A stretch of DNA of 62,870 bases, the filler included, from Collodictyon triciliatum (taxonomy: Eukaryota): assembly GCA_043381765.1 (NCBI GenBank). It is 12 parts of 12 records of this genome, joined end to end, with 100 filler letters (N's around TTAATTAATTAA, not from the genome) between each part and the next. Parts side by side here need not be neighbours in the genome. Positions count along the whole stretch, not along the records: positions 49,435 to 55,074 come from JBHJMP010005055.1; positions 55,175 to 60,812 come from JBHJMP010005056.1; positions 60,913 to 62,870 come from JBHJMP010005086.1; 9 more parts are not named here. One strand, 5' to 3'. Positions 54,831 to 62,870 of this stretch are shown here, one piece after another. The number at the start of each line of letters is the position of its first letter. Positions within the stretch are counted from its first letter, which is position 1. The notes under the pieces are model-generated. The model worked only from the letters and a program-made list of their open reading frames with translations. It searched no databases and was not told the origin of the DNA. The translations under genes were made by a program, and so were the position numbers.

Positions 54831-56735
54831 GCTGCGGGGATTTGGGCGCCGAACAGAGTTGCTTTTTCTTTTTTTTTTTTTTTTGAGCTGATGTTAGTTT
54901 TTACTGGCAATTCTTGTTTGTTTGTTTGTTTTGTTTTTTGTATGGTTTTTGTATGGTTTTTGTATGTTTTGTGTGTGTTTTTTGTATGTTTTTTGTATGT
55001 TTTTTGTATGTTTTTTGTATGTTTTTTGTATGTTTTTTGTATGTTTTTTGTATGTTTTTTGTATGTTTTTTGTANNNNNNNNNNNNNNNNNNNNNNNNNN
55101 NNNNNNNNNNNNNNNNNNTTAATTAATTAANNNNNNNNNNNNNNNNNNNNNNNNNNNNNNNNNNNNNNNNNNNNCTTTCCTGAGTGATTTTACACATTCA
55201 AAACTTTCCTCTTTCTCACTTTTATGTGATGGAAACTTTGATCACAAGCCTTTAAGTTAGGTTGTTGTTGTTGTTTTTTCAAGAGAGTCCTGTTCTGATT
55301 GACAAAACATGAAAGAACAAGAAAGGAGGAGGGAAAAAAGAACAAATATTCCAGCTATTCTGAGGGTTTATACGAACAAAGAAGAAAAAAAAAATGACAG
55401 AGTCTTTTTCATCCAAGTATGGAGTACCATTGAACTTTGTGACCGGTTTTAGGTAAACCCGGCTTCCTGGGAGGCTGGTTGGCAGGTAAGCCAGACTTGA
55501 TTGGTGATTATCTGGGGAAAAGGGAAATGAGTGAGAGCCATGGCAACATTAAAGGGGGAAAAATTGGGGAAAGAGACTCCATTAATAACCAGAGAGGGAA
55601 TGGTGGGACAGAGAAAGAGAGCAATATTCCGGAGAGGAGGCTTTTACCGCGTTGTGGTAGGGGGCGTGGATCTAACGTTGCCTCAGTGGATTTTCACCCG
55701 AGTGTGTGGGCAGAATGTGTTTGAAGTCCAAAAAAAAAATTCAACACCCGGCGCGTTGGGATTCCATAACAATTAGTATGGATTGAGGTAAAGTAAATGT
55801 ATTCTCAGTTTTTTTGTCATTAAGTTTTTCCTGCACTAATATTTTTATTTGTTGAGTTTTATTGTATTATAGGACTGATGGATGGTTTCGAAAGAATATA
55901 AATTGGGTAAATACATAAAATCCAGGTTTGAGAAAAGTTCTATAAAATCCCGATTGTGGAAAGCGGGAATCGTGTAAATCCCGTATTTCCCAACACATGC
56001 TATCAGACGACCACAGGCCAACCACATCCAGATATGGAGAGCGCACTATATAGAGGCAGTTGGATGAGTGACGCATTGTTCCTATTATTTCGACACGGTT
56101 GAGGATGTATATATATTCCGCCGTGTGAGTGCATTCATCAGATCAACAGAGCTGTAATAATATGGGCGCGGATGTATCCCGAAGCCAACGGGTGACGAAT
56201 GCAAGGACACAGCGCAGGGATAGGTAATTATGGCACAACCACCTGCAATGACAATGTATACAAGTCACACGGATACCGTCCACACACTTGCGCACGAGAA
56301 GGGGTTCCCTGCTGCCATCTGGGCTGTTTGGCCCAGGAAAGAGGAACCAGTCCGAAACCCTTGTGCCAAGCGAGTGCAGAAAGGCGGACAGGGGAAATCC
56401 GCGAGACCACAGACCACAGACGATCCCACAATGAGGGCTGCCCCTCCAAGCGCCCCATGAATCTCTTCAACACCCAACACAACACATAAGAAGAGCGAGG
56501 GGAGAGCATCAACCGACCCACAGAAGAGATGAGACTGTAACCCAAACGAGTGGCATATGAAGGGCGAAAGATTGAAACCCCATACGGGACTGAAAGCCAA
56601 GAAACGGAGCTCGACCCTCTCTCTCTTTCTCTCTCGTTCGGTCACGGAGCCTCTGAACAGACAGGAGCACACACACTAAACCCCGCCTGCATTTGCCTCC
56701 ACACTCGCATTCACACACAGATCCATCCGGGCAAC

Positions 56736-58006
56736 ATGAGCCGCACATTCCTTTTTACCTCGGAGTCTGTCAACGAAGGTACGGTACACCCCACCCCATC
56801 TCGCCCCATCTCGCCAGCAAGACAAGCACAAGCACAAGCACACGATACATACCGATCCACTAACACGGGAAGCGGGACACAGGACACCCCGACAAGCTGG
56901 CGGACCAGGTGTCGGACGCGGTGCTTGACGCGTGCCTGACGATCGACCGGTTCAGCAAGGTTGCGTGCGAGACGGCGACCAAGACCGGGATGGTGATGGT
57001 GCTGGGAGAGATCACGTGCAGCGGGCCGATCGACTACCAGCGGGTGATCCGGACGGCGATCAAGGACATCGGGTACGACGACTCGAGCAAAGGGTTCGAC
57101 TACAAGACGTGCAACGTGCTGGTGGCGATCGAGGAGCAGAGCCCGGACATCGCGCAGGGCGTGCATCTGAACCGGTCGGACGAGGACCTCGGGGCGGGGG
57201 ACCAGGGGATCATGTTTGGGTACGCGACGGACGAGAGCCCCGAGCTGATGCCGCTGACGCACGTGCTGGCCACGCAGCTGGGGCAGCGGCTGACGGATGC
57301 GCGCAAGTCCGGGGAGCTGCCGTACCTGCGCCCCGACGGCAAGACGCAGGTGACGATCGAGTACCGGGTGGAGGCCAACGGGCGCGTGGTGCCCCTGCGC
57401 GTGCACACGATCCTCATCTCGACGCAGCACGACGAGCACGTCAGCAACGAGGAGCTGCGCGCGGGGCTGCACGAGAAGGTGATCAAGGCCGTCGTCCCTG
57501 CGCACCTGCTGACCGCAGACACAAAGTACTTCCTCAACCCCAGCGAGCGCTTTGTCATGGGCGGCCCCCACGCCGACGCGGGGCTGACCGGCCGCAAGAT
57601 CATCATCGACACGTACGGCGGCTGGGGCGCCCACGGCGGCGGCGCCTTCTCGGGCAAGGACCCCACAAAGGTCGACCGCAGCGCCGCATACGCCTGCCGC
57701 TGGATCGCAAAGTCCCTCGTCCACGCCGGGCTGTGCCACCGCGTCCTGGTCCAGGTCGCCTACGGCATCGGCATCAAGGAGCCCCTCTCCGTCTACGTCG
57801 ACACCTACGGCTCCGCAAAGCTCGGCTACACCGACGACGCCCTCCTCCGCATCGTCAAGAACAACTTTGATCTCCGCCCGGGCTCCATCATCCGCGACCT
57901 CGATCTGCGCCGCCCCCGCTACCGCAAGACCGCCGCCTACGGACACTTTGGCCGCAACGACCCCGACTTCACCTGGGAGCAGCCCAAGACCCTCAACCTC
58001 GACTAG
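56736..58006 (+). CDS. MAT: S-adenosylmethionine synthetase (canonical MAT), one intron at 56779-56882
   Basis: [67 protein letters not shown] and [19 protein letters not shown]. Confidence 0.98.
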
Positions 58007-58646
58007 ACGTCCTCCCCGCCCCGCGCTTGGCTCTTCCCCTCTCTTCCTTCTCTCTCTCTCTCTCCCTCTCCCCTCCCCACCCCGCTTAAGTCCTCTCGCT
58101 CACCTGCTCGCGTGTCCACTTTCTGCCGTTGCTTTCTCAAGGCGGAGTGAGGCACGGAGAAGGGAGAATGTGTGTTGTGTGTGTGAGAGAGAGAGAAGAG
58201 GAGAGGAGGCCGTCGGAAAAACTAAACGAAAAAGAATGGAAAACATGGAAAGTCAACCAGGAGAACCAAAGAAAGGAAAAACACTGATACACTAAAGACA
58301 TCCTCCCACCCGACCCGACACACGCTCTCGTCTGCCCTTTGCACTAACCCTGCACCTCTCCCCCTTCTTACTTTCACTTCCACCGCAGCGACTGAATGAC
58401 ACAATACTACCCTGACGCAAGGGAAGAGAATAGCAGGATCCGTGCTTCACGAGGATGTTCATAGACACTGGGGTTTGATGCGCACGGACAGACGGATGCT
58501 GGGAGTAAAAGTACTTGCACAGGCAGTCAAAAGATGATTATCGAAAGAAAAAAAAAATAATAAGGAGGGGACATGAGAGAAAGGAAGAGGAAACAGGAAA
58601 TGACGGATCAGAGTTGCAAAGCGGGGCGGGGCAAAGCGGCTTTGGG

Positions 58647-59983
58647 TCAGTTGAGGAGCCAGTCTAGCGACATTCTGTTGTGCTTGGCCACAGGGTTGTG
58701 CGACGGAGACGAGTCCTTGTGTGAGGGCGCGCACTCTGCAACCCCCATCTTGGCCTTGGAGCTCGAGCTGGACGTCGAGTTTGAGTTTGAGTTTGGATCA
58801 GACAGCGGATGTCGAACAGAGGCCGAGTTTGAGGACGAATGGGAAGAATAGTGTCGGGCCATGGAAAACGAGCGGCCCGCAAACGACGGCAAAGGTCGTG
58901 AAAGCGAGGTGGAGTCTGATAAGGAGGCCGAGAACGGTACAAGCGGCGGCATAGCAGCAAGGGAGACTACTGGCATCGAAGGCCGCACAAGGGACAGCGT
59001 AGGAATCGTAAGAGTCTGCGGCGCTTGGGCCCCATGAGGATGCTGCACAACCTCGTTCGGTGCTCTTTGCACATTCCGGTCTGCCATCTCATGGAACGAC
59101 CCGACACGATGCCGATCCTTTCCAACTTTACCGCGCAGCTGGGCCTGAAGTCGGCGCTTCTCTGCAGCCGCCTGCACCCGCTTCAGGTGACGCCATCGAT
59201 ATCGGCACTGCTGCCCTGTGCGGCCGTGTAGTGGTCTTGAGACCTGAGCAAACCATTGTCAGCCTTCAAACCATCTGAATGCGATTTAATACATTCTAAC
59301 GCTCACACTCACACTTGAATCATTATCTGTTATTAGGCTCTCATAGATACAAATGAAACAAACAAACAAACAAACAAACAAACAAACAAACAAACAAACA
59401 AACAAACAAACAAACAAACAAACAAAAAGGAGACGAGGAAAAGATAGTGGAATGAAACCTCTCGCCAGCTTCCTTCTCCATGAAGATTGACTCCAGTCAT
59501 TAGGATTTCATCCTCTTGCTTGGTCCATTCATTGTGGTTGATTGCAGGGCTCAGAACACGGTGCCAACGCTGACAACACTGGTCCGGTGTCCGGCGACTA
59601 CCAAGGTATTCAGACACTAGTCGCCAGCCTTTTGCTCCATACAGTTCCACAGCCTAAGACACCCAACACAAATGTAAAAAATAATAAAACCAATATGGGT
59701 CAATTACAGCTTAAGCAGCCTCATTCCTCTTGCATGTCAATAATTCATCCCTTGTAAGTATCATTCAATAATCGAAACATATACTCTGCGAAGCCTACAA
59801 CGAAAACAAAAAGCTGGAAAGAAAAAAAAAAGGAATGAGAGAAAAGGAAGGAGAAGTGTTCACCTCTGTAAGCAGGTCGTCTTCTTCTTGAGCCCAGTAC
59901 TGCGGCTTGCTCCAATGTCGACCCCCTTCCGCTTTGTCGTTGGCTTCTTCATTTCTTGCTTCTGCTGTCAAAGCAATATCCAT
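58647..59983 (-). CDS. Two-repeat (R2R3-type) Myb transcription factor, 3 exons
   Basis: WAQEEDDLLTE|AVELYGAKGWRLVSEYLGSRRTPDQCCQRWHRVLSP..WTKQEDEIL..GSWRE|VSRPLHGRTGQQCRYRW. Confidence 0.9.
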
Positions 59984-60474
59984 GGCGGATATAAAAACAT
60001 CCAGTCCTTTTATAATACCCATCATTTTTTTTTTCAGAAAAAAGTAATAATTAGATGCCATACTTTGGTATAGGAATCACTTTTTGATTAGCACATGGGA
60101 CACAAGGCTCTAACACGCTGCACCAAATTTGGGGAGGAAGAAGTGCACCAAGGGCACACAAAGCTCGGTTTGTCCACCAAAGATCAGTCATTGCTACTTG
60201 CATTCTTACCTGAAGGGTTCATAGGCGCGCACAAAAGGTTACTTTGAGATTTTCCTGGGAAGATCGCAAACGGGACACAAGACGATGCGTTCTAAATACA
60301 ACGGTGCAAGGAAGGTTAGGGCAAACTAAACAAAAACAAAACAATTATAATTGAATGAATGTAAATAGCTGCAGCAATGAAACAAATAACCCAAAAACAA
60401 AAACAACAAAATAGATTTTTGCTGTAAAGTGTGAAAAGGCTTTGCATTCATGTAGCAGCAAAGTAGTATGTTTC

Positions 60475-60475
<1 letters not shown>

Positions 60476-60570
<95 letters not shown>

Positions 60571-60602
60571 AAAAAAGAAAAAAAAAAAGAAAAAAAAAAA
60601 AA

Positions 60603-60674
<72 letters not shown>

Positions 60675-60742
60675 AAAGAAAAGAAAGAAAAGAAAAGAAA
60701 GAAAAGAAAAGAAAGAAAAGAAAAGAAAGAAAAGAAAGAAAG
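60476..60742. repeat. (GAAA)n/(GAAAA)n microsatellite
   Basis: Direct reading. Confidence 0.95.
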
Positions 60743-60912
60743 TATTAGAAAAGTAAAGCCTAACAGCAGCTTTCCTGAGCATTGCGACTAAGAATCTAAT
60801 CCACAACTCCTGNNNNNNNNNNNNNNNNNNNNNNNNNNNNNNNNNNNNNNNNNNNNTTAATTAATTAANNNNNNNNNNNNNNNNNNNNNNNNNNNNNNNN
60901 NNNNNNNNNNNN

Positions 60913-60945
<33 letters not shown>

Positions 60946-61584
60946 CCTTCTGTGAGTTATTTATTTATTTTTGAGGTGAGTTTGGGCGGAAACAATCGTG
61001 ATCATCTCTATTTTTTTTTTTATCCTTTCTTGTCCTCTCTCATATGCGTGTGTTGTCTGATCTCACTTCCTGTTAGAACCACTCAAGGAGTGTGCGGGCT
61101 GGTTGTGGCAAACGCACTTGGGAATCAGTCGTTTTATCCCCTTCTTTTCCCAAAAGGCGATAAACGCGTTTCTGTGACATTTCATTCTCGAGGAAGGAAG
61201 GAACAAAACAAAAGGAAAGCAAAGGAAACGGAGAAACTCGACAACAGTGGCCAGATTGTGTATTAAGTTGCAAAGAAACAGTCCTGCGAGTCGGTGGTTT
61301 CTGGTAGAGTCAGCCATAAGAGACATATACGAGTGCGGACGCTGCCACGAGTAAGGACCGGTCGGAATATACCCCAGATAGCACTTCAGGGCGTTCCATC
61401 CTTCCTTTTGTGCAGACGTTCAATATAAAGATTCCAAAGCCAGATTCCTTTTGTCCAAAACTCCTGCATCTCATGGCTTTCAACCTGGAAGCGTATGAAT
61501 CGTATCGATTCATTCTTGGGCGGGTCACCCCACTTTTTTTTATATAGTTAATTCGGTCGGTATCTTTGGCTGGGTAGAGGCTGC

Positions 61585-62596
61585 TTATTTCTTTCGTGTA
61601 TGGAGATTGTCACCAGTGTATTTCTTATGTTTTCTGGCGGTCGTGTCGTTGTCCAGGTTGCCTACGACTGGTGCTGGTGCTGATGACAATCAGAATAATG
61701 AGAATATATATTTCATCAAATCAACAATATTGTATGTATCGTTTGAATATGTTTCCCTCTCTATTTTGTCTTCTTTTTTTTATACATTTAACCACAAATG
61801 GCTTGGTCACCGAACCATATTCACATACCCGAGTGTGCATATAAAACAGATATTCTCTGCATGATTATATAAAGGACTGGCCCCACAACAAGAGAGCACA
61901 CAGCCCAACCAACGACAGCCAGAACCATGGCAAAGCCTAAAGACTGAAACCAAACGATAGGCGCCATCATCCAGGAAACACCCTCTGGTTCCTATGCGGC
62001 ATTAACATGCGAACACATTTGATAGTGGGTGTGTCAGAAAATGCGTGAGGAATCTACACAAGAGCGGGAGCACCTAGGCTAGACTGAAGGCTACGAAAAG
62101 AGACACCCACCGAGCCATAATCGGCATATTGTGTTTCAACCTTTGAGGATGAAGCTACTAAGCTCGCAGGAGACGGAAGTTCTGCCTGTGGAGCGATCAG
62201 GCGGCTGCCCAGACACATAAGCGGGTAAATCAGCGCGAGTTGAACAGGAGTTAAGACATAGTTGAGAAGCTGCAAAAGAGGGAAGTTTAAGCTGGCCTTA
62301 GTCCGCAGACGGTACAATAGAGCTGCGAACGTGCAAAGCGCTGTGGTTGTCCCGGGAATGGGGAAGAGCCCAAAGATAACGCCTGACGTGACGGTGGCCG
62401 CAAAGGTTGTGCCAACCAGGTCTGCTAGGCTCATTGTCAGTCCGCACTTCTGCCCAAGCTTCTGCAACAGTTCCACTGTTTTTTGCTTAGCTTGGGATGC
62501 AAAGTCTGTGTTGCCGGACTTTCCGGTCGCCTGGTGCTGTCTTCGGGGGGTGGAGGCAGAAGAATAGGCATATGTCGAGTGGGTACGGTTTTCCAT
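61585..62596 (-). CDS. DUF2062-like membrane protein, about 3 exons
   Basis: GVIFGLFPIPGTTTALC..LNFPLLQLLNYVLTPVQLALIYPLMCLGSRL, then the exon LAVVGWAVCSLVVGPVLY. Confidence 0.7.
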
Positions 62597-62870
62597 GCTG
62601 ATCAACCCGCTCGGAAAAAACGGTGGTCTCTCTTCCTTGTACTGCTTTTTGAAGAGGTCTACGTAATCGAGATTAGTTGGGAGGACAACAAGGTGGCTCC
62701 TCTCGGCGGCGCCAATCGAGCCTCGGACTTTTTTATGTTTTTNNNNNNNNNNNNNNNNNNNNNNNNNNNNNNNNNNNNNNNNNNNNNNNNNNNNNNNNNN
62801 NNNNNNNNNNNNNNNNNNNNNNNNNNNNNNNNNNNNNNNNNNNNNNNTGTTTTTTTGTTTTTTTGTTTTT

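Noticed and set aside
56711..57946. 411-aa antisense ORF and other alternative-frame ORFs over MAT
   Set aside because: Expected by-product of extreme third-position GC.

Overview
Fragmented nuclear assembly of an intron-rich, AT-rich, flagellated microbial eukaryote using the standard genetic code. Ciliary genes and a putative mitochondrion-targeted PPR gene are present. The window is not one locus: it holds 12 contigs, and the 10 complete ones are all about 5.64-5.65 kb. They are joined by artificial 100-nt N44-TTAATTAATTAA-N44 linkers, so adjacency across linkers is meaningless. Manual splicing (GT-AG, one firm GC-AG) gives these genes: a CH-DUF4062-NACHT protein, an HMG-box protein, CCDC42-like, a large WD40 + Cys-rich protein, a ZNF598-PAH-like/SANT protein, nicolin-1, a pseudoGTPase-PH-RhoGAP, the CTU1 3' end, threonine synthase-like, a SUN-domain protein, EEF1AKMT4-like methyltransferase, an N-formylglutamate amidohydrolase-like gene, a PPR protein, a RING coiled-coil protein, tRNA-Ser(AGA), CFAP210-like, SAM synthetase, a two-repeat Myb and a DUF2062 protein. 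The most unusual observations are (1) a G-to-C switch of synonymous sites in the middle of the GC-rich SAM synthetase gene; (2) a PPR ORF followed in frame, after one TAA, by a headless zinc amidohydrolase; (3) several unusual domain architectures; and (4) a 56-bp minisatellite abutting the tRNA gene. All family assignments come from motif recognition by eye; no searches were run, and I cannot claim a confirmed novel system.
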